A program made the position numbers and the translations under genes. Shown one piece after another: positions 24,447-37,830 of a DNA stretch of 64,000 nucleotides. A model generated the notes under the pieces. It did no database searches and was not told where the DNA came from. It saw only the letters and a program-made list of their open reading frames with translations. Source of the DNA: Mobula hypostoma (taxonomy: Eukaryota); contig NW_026948187.1 in the NCBI RefSeq assembly GCF_963921235.1, positions 1,426,001-1,490,000 on the forward strand, in the 5' to 3' direction. Numbering within the stretch: position 1 is the first letter of the stretch; each line of letters starts with the position of its first letter.

Positions 24447-24915
24447 GCCAGCTTCTTCCACCCTGACCTGAAAAGCAGCAGGTAAAGGATGTTCCGCCTC
24501 CAGTTTTTTTCTTCCTGATGACTTCTTTTTGGTCGACTTTCAGTTTTTCCACTTCATTTAAACTGTCGATAGTATCTTTTCCGAGGTCTGTCCTCCATTG
24601 CTTCATCTCCTCTGGAGTGTAGTCAAACTCCCCTCTCTGGGCTCTCGGTTTTCTGTTCGCCTTAGTCAGACCACTTCCTTGATCTTCCCCAACTTGTAAG
24701 TCTTCCAATCTTTTCCGGATTAATTCATCAGTACATGACCACAGTGTCGGCTCGGAATTCTGTTTCTCCTCACGGTCTCTCCTCCAACTCCCCGCCAAAA
24801 GCCCCTGGTTCCCAGCCATATGTTCCATCAACAGGAAATTCAACTGGTATGTCCGGTCATTTTTCTCACATTGCACCAAACATCGCCAGTCAGTCCTGCA
24901 GACACAGAAGACTGT
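24447..24915 (-). other. Captured antisense stop-free reading frame of unknown protein (~156 codons)
   Basis: Frame open across the whole insert (VFCVCRTDWRCLVQCEKNDRTYQLNFLLMEH...EFDYTPEEMKQWRTDLGK...KKKTGGGTSFTCCFSG); not gag/pol-like. Confidence 0.55.
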
Positions 24916-26218
24916 TATGGGAGAAGTACTTTGTTCATTATGGCCTCCCCCGGTGGATCCATAGTGATCAGTGACGGGACTTCGAGAGCAGACTTATCCA
25001 TGAATTACTGGGTATGCTTGGGTTTGAGAAATCCAGGACCACACCCTATCACCCGCAGAGTGATCCTCAGCCCGAGAGGTTTAACCGGACCCTGCTGGAC
25101 ATGCTCGGCACTGTGGCGATCGGATAGAAGAGTAAGTGGAGTCAGCCCATCGGCCATTTGGTTCACTGTTACAATTGTACTCGCAATGACGCTACGGGGT
25201 ACTCGCCTTATTATCTGACGTTCGGGCGGGAAGCGAAGTTGCCCATTGACCTGTGCTTTGGGACTGAAGTGGGTGAATTACCTTTGAAGCCATATCTGAA
25301 GTATGTGTCCGATATAAGGAGAGAGTTGAAAAGGGCGTACGAGTTAGCTGAGACGGCAGCCACCAAGCAGAATTAGAGGAAGAAGAAGAGGTATGATCAA
25401 AAAGTAAAATTCTCCCAACTATTGCCGGGAGACCGGGTCTTTATCCGGAATTTAGGACTACCTGGTAAGCCCAAGTTGGCTGATCGCTGGGCGGCCACCC
25501 CTATGTGGTAGAGAGCCAGATGCGGAATCTGCCTGTTTACTGGGTGAGACCCGAGGATGGGAAGGGGCCTGTCAATGTACTCCATCGGAACCACTTGTTG
25601 CCTCTGGGTCGAGAGGTGAAGGTAGACCCAGAGCCCGAATGGGAGTTTAGTATGAGGACTCTGCAAGGGCGCAGGGCGAGGGAAGAGCCCGCTGCGAAAG
25701 GGACGGGGCCGGTCCCCACCCCGAAAAGGGATACGTCATCGGAAGACGATGATTCGGACGTGTGGCACCTCTTTCCGTTCACTGATTCCCCGGTACCGGA
25801 AGAAGAGGCCCCTGGCCCTTCCCCCACTGAGTTAGGGGAGAGGAGGGAGGGTGCTGAGGAGCCGCCTGAAATACAGCCGGCATTGGGAAAAGAGAGGGTG
25901 AAACCAGAGCCCGAGGCAGAGGGCTCACAGGTGCCGAGGGATCCCAGTGAGGGTGAGGGTCCGACAGGTAGGCCCGGAGTGTCACCTGTGGAGTCTGAGC
26001 CGGAAGAGTCAGCAGAGTAAGTACAGAGGTCTCAGAGGAGTAGGCACCCCCCGGAGAGGTTGACTTATACAGTGCCGGGAGAACAGGGTGTGATCTCCAC
26101 AACCCTGGGAAGTTATGTCACTGCTTTATGCACCTGGGTTGGGTGTTGTGTTTTGTAAGGAGAAATGGTGAACTCTGTTAATATCATGAGGACATGAATT
26201 TTATTTGGTGGGGAAGAG
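24916..26218 (+). mobile_element. Gypsy integrase C-terminal half, 3' region and PPT
   Basis: YFVHYGLPRWIHSDQ, SRTTPYHPQ, ERFNRTL, YN...TGYSPYYLTFGRE, acidic tail; scattered stops; PPT GGTGGGGAAGAG ending 26218. Confidence 0.9.
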
Positions 26219-26892
26219 TGTTAGGCGTTTCTTCTTTGTCATGTTATAATTGAAATGGCTTCTTTGTTGTGTTAACTGCTGAGAACGTCCTCCCGCTAGC
26301 AGTTGGATTGGATTACGTACGGATAAGAGGGTGAACAAACCAATTGGGATAGATGTTATTCTTTCTGTGTGTCTGTAAGTTACTGTGATGCGCGTTTTTG
26401 GGAGAAGGCGGGAGAGAGACAGAGGATGGACACGGTGCTGTGAGTCCGCTCACAGGGTCGGACCCCGAGCAGGAGTCCGAGGTCCAGGGTGTTCGGCGAG
26501 GAGAGGAGACGGAGACGGACGCATGTGGGGCGTCTAGTCGACCATCGTTGCTGGTCCCAGGTGGCAGGTCAAGGTGGTCCGAGGGGAGACGCAGGGTGAA
26601 GGAGGAGTGTCCTGAGCTCCAGCTATTTGTACACTAAGAGATAGAACTTTGATAGGTGTGGCGCCTTTCATTTTCCTTTTATATTTTATTCTCTATTAAT
26701 TATATAGTTCCAGTAATATCTATAAAACTGTAATTCATTTAATTGTATCTGGTGTATTGTCTGTTATTTGGGGGGGGGGGTACATCACACTGCATCCACA
26801 CAAACTAATTATCCTAGTTTGGCGGGGCTGAGGGCTGTTTCCCCAGACGACGGCGAGCTGAGCGACCCTGAGGCTGGCCAGGCGGGGCTACA
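26219..26892 (+). mobile_element. Gypsy 3' LTR
   Basis: TGT...ACA directly after the PPT; matches the 5' LTR. Confidence 0.9.
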
Positions 26893-27759
26893 CGAATAAT
26901 TAAAATGATTCTGAACACATTTTTCAACACACCGGAGACATGCTGATGATATTATGTTGTTGCACAAACACGTTTATTTACGGAGTAAAGCAGTCCAAGT
27001 TCAGAGAGCAGTTCATCAGCGCAGCGAAATATCCACTCACATCAATTATTCAACTAATTAATAAAAAAAATCTGAGCTCTTCTCGGAGGCGGTCGCAATG
27101 TTTTCGATCTTGACTCTGCAGAACCAATGATCATCGGAGAACGTGGCAGCGGGGAGAGTAAATCTGGTTTAGCACCCGAGAGAAACACAGCACAGGAACA
27201 GACTCTCCGACACCCGCACCCCGCGACTCCACTCCTACCGATTATTAAATTCACCCTACCTTTTATTTTCAGCTTTCCACCATATTCCCGCACTCGTCAC
27301 CGCCAGACACTTTTCGGTCTGAGAAAGTCAGACAGGTTCTGGGGACATTCAAGACCAAATCGGTAAAAAATGCCACTCATTTGCTACTTTAGTCTTTTGC
27401 ATAAAAATTAAATTGGGAAAAAAAAAGGCCAACACGAACTTACAGTAAAGCTTGTACTTGTCCATTACATTAGACAATGATGTTATGGAGGAATGTTTAA
27501 CACCACAGCACTGATTCCGAATTGCGCAATTTTATTTTACCGAAACCACCGATGCCTACTCTGCTTTGAGGAAAATAATGACATCTCACTTCCAGATTTC
27601 TAATAAATTTCCATCCGACTCCCCTCTGCATTCACTCCAGTAGAAATGCATGTTTCCTATTTTTACTTTTTATCTCAGCTAAAAATTCTGTTCTGGATGC
27701 CGACAAGCACACAATTGCTTGGAAAAGGCAATGGGCTGAAAAGTAGGAATCTGACAGCA

Positions 27760-28740
27760 TGGGAGAGTGGATCACGGGAGAAAGGGCAGGAGAGGAGGCA
27801 CCAGAGAGAAATATGAGGCAGTGGAGGAGAAGCGAGGAGGGAGGACAGAATGGGAGAGGGAAAGGAGAAGGTTGAGGTGGAAGTTAAAGGAATCGATGCT
27901 CATGACGTCAAGTTGGAGGTGACGCAGATGCAATATAAGGTGTTGATCCTCCAACCAGAGAGTGGCCTCATCTTGTTAGTGGAACAATGAACCGGCATGT
28001 CACGTTGCGATGAAGCGTGGATTTTAAATGGTTGTTCATCGGGAAATACATTTCGTTGCGGACGGAACGAATGTGCTTGATAAAGCCGTCTCCCAATCTA
28101 CATCGGGTCTCACTGATGAACGGGAGGCCGCACTGGGAGCGCCGGATACAGTAGATGAACCCAACAGACCCGCAGGTGAAGTGTTGCCTCACCTGGAAGG
28201 GCTGATGGTGATCCTGAATGGAGCTGAGGGAGGAGGTAAATAGGAAGGTGCAGCACTTCCCTCGCTTGGGAGGACATGTTCCAAGAAAGGGATTAGTGGG
28301 GAGGAGAGAATGGACAGGGAAATCTCTCTGGAAAGCAGAGTGTAGGCGGGGGTGGGGGCGGTGGGATGAAGGTGTGTTTGGTTGTTGGAGATGACAGAAG
28401 TTGTGGAGGATGATGCCTTGGATGTGAAGGCTCATGGGGCTGCAGGTGAGGACAAGAGGGACTCTGTCAATGTTAGGGTGACTATAAGATGGAGTGAAGG
28501 GGGATTTTCAGGAAATAGAATCGATTGGACTGAGATCAGCATCAATGCTGGAGGAAGGGAAACCCATTCTATTCAGGAGGAGACCATCTCTGATGTCCTG
28601 GAAAGGAAAATCTCACCCTGTGAGATATGGTGGAGACAAAGGAACTGAGAAAAGGGGATAGCTTGCTTCTTTTTTTTTCACAGGAGTGAAGCGGGAAGAG
28701 GTTTAGTCAAGACAGCCATGCAGATCGGTAAGTCTACAAA
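27760..28740 (-). mobile_element. Penelope-like element, GIY-YIG endonuclease remnant
   Basis: FQVRQHFTC.S...IYCIR.SQCGLPFISETRCRLGD.F..H. Confidence 0.8.
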
Positions 28741-28829
28741 GAGAAAGTGTGAGCGTGTTTTATGATTCCTGCCGTCTGCCACGGGCAGTGTCTTTCTCGG
28801 GTCATCTGTCGCCTGAACGCACCAGGGCG

Positions 28830-28975
28830 GATGGTGGAGGGTTTTGCAGAGATGGCGAGTGCTGTAGGGGTCAGAAGGGTTTACAGAAACGGAGAGTGAT
28901 GTAGGGGTCGGAAGGGTTTTCACAGATGGCGAGTGCTGTAGGGGTCGGAAGGGTTTTCAGAGATGGCGAGGGGTG
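28830..28975 (+). repeat. Short tandem repeat, ~37-bp unit, about 3-4 copies
   Basis: GATGGCGAGTGCTGTAGGGGTC(A/G)GAAGGGTTT repeated. Confidence 0.8.
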
Positions 28976-29619
28976 TCAGGACACTTCTTCACCACTGCGA
29001 AAATGTACTTTACTTGTAGTACCAAAATGGTAATGTTGTCCGTAACAAAATGAAACCCGTATTGTATCAGAACATTTTGCTAATAATGTTCGTGCAACAC
29101 TATGCTGAGTGAACCCGAGTACCCGACTGCAGACTGCAGTCCCTACACTGTATTTCACCTGCACTTCACTGCCTGTTCTCCAAACCTGTCTGAGTCCCTC
29201 TGCAGACACCCGCTTTACTCTAACCTACACGTCCCGCAACTACCTTCGTATCAACTGCAAAGTTGGTCACCAGGCCATCAATTCTCTCATCCAATCATCG
29301 ATATCTAACATGAAAAGAAACGGTCTCAATAACGACCCCAGCGGAACACCGTTCGCTACCGGCAGTAAACAGAACAGGTTCGCATTGCTCTGACTCTTTG
29401 CCTCCTGCCAGTAAACCAATCTTCGATCTATGCCAGTATTTTTCCAGTATTACCTTGAGCTGTTAAGCAGCTTCATATGCAGCACATTGTGAAAGACCAT
29501 CTGAAAATCCAAACATCATCCTCTTTCTCTCCTTTGTCTATCCTGCCTGTTATTTCATTAAAGAATTCCAATGGATTTCTCAAACAAGTTTTCCCCTGAC
29601 TTAGGCCTATTAGATCATG

Positions 29620-30453
29620 TGTGACCAAGTTATCAGAAGATGCCAATAAAAGAGATAAGAGAGAGACAAATGGGGGAAACATTCAAAATGCTAATAAGAG
29701 AGAGATGCGAAGGATTATCAAAAAGGAGACACAATTCCGAGTATTGTCAGAGACCGGTTGCTTTGAACCTGAACTGTTTGAAGTTTGATGGACAGGCGAT
29801 ACCCCAGCAGGGGGATAAAAGGAACAGGTTCGCTAAAGCAAGACAACACGACACCACAAGATAACGAGACCCTGGAAGTGTGGTGTGCCCCCACAAGTTG
29901 GTGGGAGTTTTGGAGGTCTGGTCGCGGGACCAACCATAGACGCACAGGGTGAGACAGTACGATCGGCGGGAACCTGGTGTGAGTGTCCACCCTTGCCTGG
30001 GTGCCGGGTTCACCGCAGAAGAACGATTGTATCCGGAACGGAGGGGTCACAGTCAATGACCTCAGGAGACATTAAAAATGGCTCGCGCCAAAAGCTAACT
30101 GCGAGGAATATGAAGGTCTGTTGAATCCGATTTTAATATCAGCATTTGCTCTCTCTCTCTCTCTCCCCAATGGCACGACGGCGATTACTGTGAACTGAAA
30201 CTGAACTGAACTCTGTGTCACTTGAGACTGATCATTTTACCCCTAGACTGCGATAGGGCTTGATTGATCCTATTATCCTAGTTCTCTGTACATATGTGTT
30301 TATTTATTGCTAACCCGTTGCATTTATATCCTTACTATTAGAGTACTGTGTTACTTACTTCTTTAATAAAACTTTCTTAGTTCCAGTAATCCAGACTCCA
30401 ACTAAGTGGTCCATTTCTGCTGGTTTGGCAACCCAGTTACGGGGTACGTAACA
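29620..30453 (+). mobile_element. Solo LTR inserted in a minus-strand CR1 fragment
   Basis: TGTGAC...GTAACA ends, imperfect 4-bp TSD CATG/TATG, AATAAA ~30365; CR1 sequence on both sides. Confidence 0.7.
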
Positions 30454-31882
30454 TATGCGCCTCCGACAATCCTGAAAAATCATCCTGAATGGCTTCCAAC
30501 CACTGAGGTCAGACTAACTGTCCTATAGTTTCCTTTCTTCTGTCTCCCTCTCTTCTTAAAGTGTGAAGTGACACTTGCAACTTTCTAGTTTGCCAGAATC
30601 ATTCCAAAATCCAGAAACACTTTAAAGTTCATTACCCTTTCTTTCAGAGAAACATGAGTGGGAACCTTTTTCACTCAGAGGCGGTGAGAATGTGGAATGA
30701 GCTGCCAGAGCAAGTGGCAGGGGCAATTTCAACATTTAAGTGAAGTCTGGATGGGTACATGGATGAGGAGGGTATGGAGGTCTATGGTCCAGGTGGAGAT
30801 TGTTGGAACTAGGCAGATGAATGCTTTGGCACAGACTAGATTGGCCGAATGGCATTTTTCTGTGCTGTGGTGTTCTATGACTCTAATGCCTTCACAATCT
30901 CTTCAGCTACTGCTTTCTGCACCCTGTGGTGTTCACCTCTGGTCCAGGAGTCTTATCTATCTCCAGGCTTTTCAGCTTCCAAAGTAAATTCTCTCCTTAG
31001 TAGTAGCATCTATACTGACTTCTGCCCTGATGCTCTTGAAGAATTGGCATTTTTTGGGGAAAAATCATGAGAAGTCAGAGTAAGAAGAGTGGGGAGGTGG
31101 GGGGAAGGAATGAAGTAAAATATCTCCGAAAGATATATTTTCCTTAACAAAACCAGGATTCAGCACTCCATGCCAACATGTATAAAACTAAAAAGAACTA
31201 CACATTAAGAAAATGAAGAAATGGTCATGATAGAAGATCAAGTTAACTACTCATGTGCCACCATAGAAGACAACCCTGCGATTTAAGCAGACAAGTTGCT
31301 AGAAAACTGAGAAATGAGTGTGCTTCATGATGTCTGTACCTCACGTTTTATCAGCTGGAGCTGAGAAACAAGAAAATATAATAATACTTATTATAGGTTT
31401 ACAAACCCTCTATAGACGGACCTTAATCATTTCTAAAAATGTAAACATGAACATTGGACAGGATCAGTGCAGAGCAATAAAACATGAAAGTTGCAATACA
31501 GCTGGTGGAATATGAAACAGATCAGTAAGGTACAGTACAACCCAGAGACGAATATGAAACATGAGACCAAAAGGCATAGGAGCAGAATTAGGTTATTTGA
31601 CCCATCGAGTCTGCTCCACCATTTCATCATGTTTGATCGAATTTTCATCTCAGCTCCAATCTCCTGCCTTCTTCCTGTATCCCTTCGTGCCCTGACCAAT
31701 GAAGAATCTATCAACCCCTCTCCTTTCAAGAAAAATACAAGTATATGGGACACAAGAGACACTGCAGATGCTGGGAATCTGGAGCAATACACACAATGTG
31801 CTGGAGGACCTCAGAAGGTCAGGCACCATCAAGAGCTGGGAATCAATGTTTTGGGCCAAGACCCCTCATCAGGGCTCTTGAT

Positions 31883-32860
31883 ACCCAGATATCTGGAATT
31901 TCACCAAGCCAGAAAATAGAAAACAGTATCAAATAGTGAAAACATTGGACAGAATTTACTTCAAGTCTTATGAAAATCTGCCAACCAGAGCTCAATAGTA
32001 TAACAAATACAACAAAGGCAATAAACACTTTCACCATTCCCATATTAACGTATTCTTTCGGAAAAAAATATCTTGGTCCCGTTCCGATATGTTATGGAAA
32101 TTTACAAAGAAAAATAAGAACTGAAATGGCAAATTTAGAAAACAGTGTTAACACTGAAACAAAGTTAGATCAACACTACCTAGGACAGATGGAGGATGAG
32201 GAATTACAGACATTAAAAACTGACACAACAGTCAGATAATACTCCTAAATATATATTTTGTTTAAGCATTCCATGTGAGCATATGCAATTTTGACATGAA
32301 GTACACAACAGAAAACTTAAATGAGAGGCCATCTCAGAAAAATGAATTATCGCTATGGAAAAAAAAAAGTTAAACAGTGGAATGAGTATGACCCTCCATG
32401 GGAGACATCCCAACGATCTGAGCAGACTAGATGTTGACAAATGCATCATGATACATGCAGAAAATGCCAAGAGAAACCAGACACAATCCAACACATTCCA
32501 GGATCCTGCAGCAGTTTAACTCAATCTGATTACTTACACAGGTACAATCAAGTGGTAAATATCATTCGCCAAAAAACAACACACACACAAAATGCTGGTG
32601 AACGCAGCAGGCCAGGCAGCATCTACAGGAAGAGGTACAGTCGACGTTCAGGGCCGAGACACTTTGTCTACAGAGGGTTTGTAAACCTGTAATAATTATT
32701 ATTATATTTTCTTACAAATCTTGCAAATGATATGATAATCAATACATTATTACAGATAGAACAATCTATAATAACCATCCAGATATAATATTAGAGAATA
32801 AACAAGCAGGAACAACTTCCTCAATACTTAAAACCATTCCCAACACACACATGTTCCTCG
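31883..32860 (+). mobile_element. R4/Dong-clade (REL endonuclease) non-LTR retrotransposon remnant
   Basis: ELNS..TTKAINTFTIPILTYSFG; CRKC...TIQHI.GSC (CCHC); YLHRYNQV; TDRTIYNNHPDII. Confidence 0.75.
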
Positions 32861-32997
32861 ACCAGTGTAGCATCTCACCAGAGGTATTGGTTGTGTCATC
32901 AGTCAGACAACTGCAAGATTTTCTCTGTCAATCAGCTTCCAAATGTTGCTACTCTGTCATTTGTTGCCACGACCCACTGCTGATTCCCTTCTCCTCA

Positions 32998-34212
32998 TCA
33001 TACGTTCTCCCCAGTGTGAACTGACTGGTGTGTCAGGAGATAAGATGACTGAGTGAATCCCTGCCCACGGTCTGAGCAGGTGAATGGCCTCTCCCCATTA
33101 TGAACTGACTGGTGTGCCAATAGGGTGGATGGCTGTGTGAATCTCTTTCCACAGTCTGAGCAGGTGAACAGCTTCTCCCCAGTGTGAACTCGTTGGTGAC
33201 TCTGTAGGTGGCATGACTGAGTGAATCCCTTCCCACAGTCTGAGCAGGTGAATGGCCTTTCCCTAGTGTGAACTGATTGGTGTCTCTGTAGGTTGGATGA
33301 CCGAGTGAATCCCTTCCCACAGACTGAGCAGGTGAAATCCCTCTCTGCAGTGTGAACTGACTGATGTGTCAGTAGGTGAGATGCCTGAGTGAATCCCTTC
33401 CCACAGTCTGAGCAGGTGAATGGTCTCTCTCCAGTGTGAACTCGCTGGTGCCTCAGTAGATGAGATGACCGAGTGAATCCCTTCCCACAGACTGAGCAAG
33501 TGAATGGCCACACCGCAGTGTGAACTGACTGGTGGGCAAGTAGTTCAGATGACCGAGTGAATTCCTTCCCACAGTCTGAGCAGGTGAATGGCCTCTCCCC
33601 AGTGTGAACTGACTGGTGTCTCAGTCGATCAGATGACCGAGTGAATCCCTTTCCACAGTCTGAGCAGGTGAATGGCCTCTCCCCAGTGTGAACTGAATGG
33701 TGTGCCAATAGGGAGGATGACTGAGTGAATCCCTTCCCACAGTCTGAGCAGGTGAATGGCCTCTCCCCATTGTGAACTCGCTGGTGTACCAGTAGTTTGG
33801 ATGACTGAGTGAATCCCTTCCCACAGTCTGAGCAGGTGAACAGCTTCTCCCCAGTGTGAACTCGTTGGTGAATCTGTAGATGGGATGACTGAGTGAATGT
33901 CTTCCCACAGTCTGAGCAGGTGAATGGCCTCTCCCCGGTGTGAACTGACTGGTGTCTCTGTAGGTAGGATGACCGAGTGAATCCCTTCCCACAACCTGAG
34001 CAGGTGAAATCCCTCTCTGCAGTGTGAACTGACTGATGTGTCAGTAGATCAGATGACCGAGTGAATCCCTTCCCACAATCTGAGCAGGTGAACGGCCTCT
34101 CCCCAGTGTGAACTCGCTGATGTACCTTCAGTTTAGATGAGCAAGTGAATCCCTTCCCACAGTCCGAGCAGGTTAACGGCCGCTTCCCGGTGTGAACTCG
34201 TTGGTGAGCCAT
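32998..34212 (-). CDS. C2H2 zinc-finger protein ZNF-B, 13 intact fingers plus 1 degenerate
   Basis: 404-aa ORF of CxxC-x12-HxxxH repeats with TGERPF-type linkers; acceptor at 34623; in-frame upstream TGA 34249-34251. Confidence 0.92.
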   Translation of the reverse strand: MAHQRVHTGKRPLTCSDCGKGFTCSSKLKVHQRVHTGERPFTCSDCGKGFTRSSDLLTHQSVHTAERDFTCSGCGKGFTRSSYLQRHQSVHTGERPFTCSDCGKTFTQSSHLQIHQRVHTGEKLFTCSDCGKGFTQSSKLLVHQRVHNGERPFTCSDCGKGFTQSSSLLAHHSVHTGERPFTCSDCGKGFTRSSDRLRHQSVHTGERPFTCSDCGKEFTRSSELLAHQSVHTAVWPFTCSVCGKGFTRSSHLLRHQRVHTGERPFTCSDCGKGFTQASHLLTHQSVHTAERDFTCSVCGKGFTRSSNLQRHQSVHTRERPFTCSDCGKGFTQSCHLQSHQRVHTGEKLFTCSDCGKRFTQPSTLLAHQSVHNGERPFTCSDRGQGFTQSSYLLTHQSVHTGENV

Positions 34213-35059
34213 TAGGTCAGATGACCGAGTGAATCCTTCCCCAGAAATTCAGCAGAAAGCCAGACTCTGCCCAGTGTGAACTGTCAGGTGAGTCCACAGG
34301 TGGGAAGACCGACTGAATCCCTTCTCACACACAGAACAGGTGAACACACATATCAGCCCAGTGTGAACTTGCTGATGTACCTTCAGTTTAGATGACCGAG
34401 TGAATCCATTCCCACTGTCTAATGAGCAGGTGAATGGCCTCTCCTGTGTAAAATGACAGGCCTGCCAGTCAGTCAGATGATTAAGTGAATCCCTTCCCAC
34501 AGTCTGAATAGGAAGGATGGTTGATTGAATCCCTTGCTCCACTTCTTAAATATCTTGACAGAGTCTGCAAAAGTGATTTGTTATGTTTGAATTCCCATGC
34601 ACAATTTCCTTGTCATTTTTAACCTGTAAAAAGATTTACAAAATACATCAATGGGTGAAGGACAACATTTCAGTTGAGATCACTTTAGTTGCCAAGCTGA
34701 AGAGAGAAATTATCTTTTAACTGGGCACAATGCTGGTATCTGGAATGACCATCAAACTCTCTGATGCTCTTCCTGTCTTGAAAGAATGCGGCATTGTTGC
34801 CATCTCCAAGCTTTGACCTGGCTGAGTTTGACTCTCTCCACTGGTATTATTCCCTGTTTCTACTGAGCTGCATGGGTTCCTGGCCCCAGTAACTGAAACA
34901 CTCTCACACAAATAGCCTTTGTTAACTTGCAGCTGGGATTTTCTTGTATTTACTGTTAATTTAAAGTCCCACAGTTTTAACGCCATGTAAATATCTCCTA
35001 CTCAGATGTACGGTTGGTCTGCACAGCTGTTAAAAGGAATTAGAGTGAATATTAGTATT

Positions 35060-37830
35060 ATTTAAGATTCTTGTCACAGTCATAGAAAAGTACAACACAG
35101 AAACAGACCATTTGGCCCATCAATTTTTTGTCGAGCTACTTAAACTTCCTACTCCCATACCCCTACCATCCAGTTACCTATGCAAACTTCTAACATGTTG
35201 CAATCGAGCTCGCAAGCACCACTAGTGTTGGCTGCTCATTCCACACCTGGATGACCGTCTCCGTGAACAAGTTTCCCCTCTTGTTCCACTTAATCTTTCA
35301 CCTTTCACCCTTAACCCATGACCTCTGGTTGTAGTCCCACCCCATCTCAGTGGAAAAAGCCAGCTTGCATTTACCCCATCAATGACCCTCAAAATTGTGG
35401 ATTACCTCCATCAAATCTCCCCTCACTCTTCTACGTTCCAAGGAATAAATTCCTGACCTGTTCAATCTTTCCTTATAACCCAAGTCCTCCAGACCTGGCA
35501 ACTTCCTTGTGAATTATCTCTGAACTCTTTCAACTGTTTTTACATCTTTCTGTTATTCGGTGACCAAAACTGCACACAATACTCCAAATTAGGCATCACC
35601 AATGTCTTGTACAATGTCAACAAAACATCCATCTCCTGTTCTCAGTACTTTGGTTCATGAAGGGCAAGGTGCCAAAATCTCTCGTTCTGACCCTATCTAC
35701 CTGTGATACCACTTCCAGTGAAATATAGATCTGTATTCCCAGATCCCTTTCTTCAAAAACACTCCTCAGTGCCCTACCAGTCACTGTGTAAGACCTACAC
35801 TGGTAGGTCCTACCAAAGCACAACAACTCGCACTTGTCTGCATTAAATTCCATTTTCCACTTCTTAAACCATTTTTCCCGCTGGTCCAGTTCGCACTGCA
35901 AGCCATGATAGTCTTCTCACAGTCCACTAGATCCCTAGTCTTGGTGTCATGGTGATCCAGCTAACCATGTTATCATCCAGACTACTGATATAGATGACAA
36001 ACAACAACAGATCCAGCACTGATCCCTGTGGCACACCACTAGTCACAGGCCTCCGGTCAGAGAGGCAACCATCTGCTACCACAGTCTGGCTTCTCCCAAA
36101 GACAGTGTCTCATTCAGTTTACTATCTCATCTTGAATGCTGAATGACTAAACCTTCTTAACCAACCTCCCATATGAGACTCTGTCAAGTGCCTTGCTAAA
36201 GTCCATGTAGACACCATCCACTGCCTTGCCTTCATCCACTTTCCTGATAACCTCCTCAAGAAACTCTATAAGATTGGTTAGACATGACCTACCATGCACA
36301 AAGCCATGCTGCCTATCCTTAATCAGTCCTAATCTATCCAAATACTTATATATCTGGTTCCTGCACACATGTTCCAATAATTTTCACACTACTGATGTCA
36401 AGCTCGCCAAAGTAGAATTTCCTCGTTTATTTTTAGAGCATTTCTTGGACAGATGCTGTCCTCCAATCCTCCAGTACCTCACCTGTCACTGAGAGTAATT
36501 TAAATATCTGTGCTTGGGCCCCGACAATTACTGCACTTGTCTTCCGCAGGGTCCCAGGGAACAACTTGTCGGGCCCTGGGGATTTATCCACGGTAGTTTG
36601 CCTTGGCACAGCAAACACCTCCACATCTGTAATCTGTACAGGGGCCATTAAGTTGATGCTGCTTTGCCTCACTTCTGTAGACTGTGTCCAGCTCCTTTGT
36701 AAATACGGATGCAAAAAAAAAACTCCCCCATCCATTTGGTCTCCTCATATGGGTTACCATTCTGATCTTCCAGAGGATTAATTTTGTCCCCTGCAATCTT
36801 TTTGCTCTTAACATATCTGCAGAATCCCTGAGGATTCTCCTTCACCTTGTCTGCTGGATAACCTCATGCCTTCTTTTATTTCTTTCAGAAGTGTTCACTT
36901 GAATTTCCTATATTTCATAAGTACCCCATTTGTTCCTATCTGCCTGTACCTGGTATGCACCTCATTTTTATTGATCTCGGAGATGAAAGCCAAAGGGGTG
37001 ATAGAGCTGCATGGTGGGAGGTGGGGGTTGGGGAGGGTTAAACTAAATTCGTGGGGGGAATGGGAACCTGAATATCAGAACAGATAGTGGAGGGGTTGTG
37101 GAGACAAATGTTGTGGAGACAGACATTGTTCAGACCTCAGACAAGGTCAGGAATGAAAAAGTTGAGCATGGTGCAGTGAATATGCTCTATCCTGTATATT
37201 TCAATACAAGGAGCAGTGTAGGAAAGGTGGATGTGTTCAGGGCATGGAACAACACTGGAATTATGACACTGGGATCTGGCAACTGTGGACTGGGACAGGC
37301 TGCTTTATGACAAAGGTGTGCTTGGTAAATGGGAGGCCTTCAAAGTGAAATTTTGAAAGTACAAAGCGGGTATGTACTTGTCAGAATAAAATGTAAAGAT
37401 AGAAACTGTAAGAAACCTTGGTTTGCAAGAGATATTGAGACCCTGGTGAAGCACAAAATGGAGTTGCATCACAGGGACAGGGAGGCAAGTTCTGATGGAG
37501 TATAAGAAATGCAGGAGAACACATAAGAAATAAATCAGAATGTCTAAAAGAAGCATGAGGTTGCCCTCACAGAAAAAAAAAATGAAGGGTAATCCTAAGG
37601 AATTCTAGTGATAGATTAAGATCAAAAGTATTGCAAGGGACAAAATTGGTCCTCTGCATGACCAGAATGGTAGTCTATGTTTGGAACCAAAGCAGGCGGG
37701 GAAGATCTGAAATACTTACTCAGGAGATGGACACAGAGTCTATGGAAGTGTGGGAAAGTGGCATTAACATCATGGTCCCTGTACAGATTAAAGAAGAGGA
37801 GATGTTTGTTATCCTGAGGCAGATGAGGAA
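35060..37830. repeat. CR1-rich intron block, inverted paralog of ~14980-17760
   Basis: Same order and junctions of CR1 pieces as upstream of ZNF-A. Confidence 0.8.
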
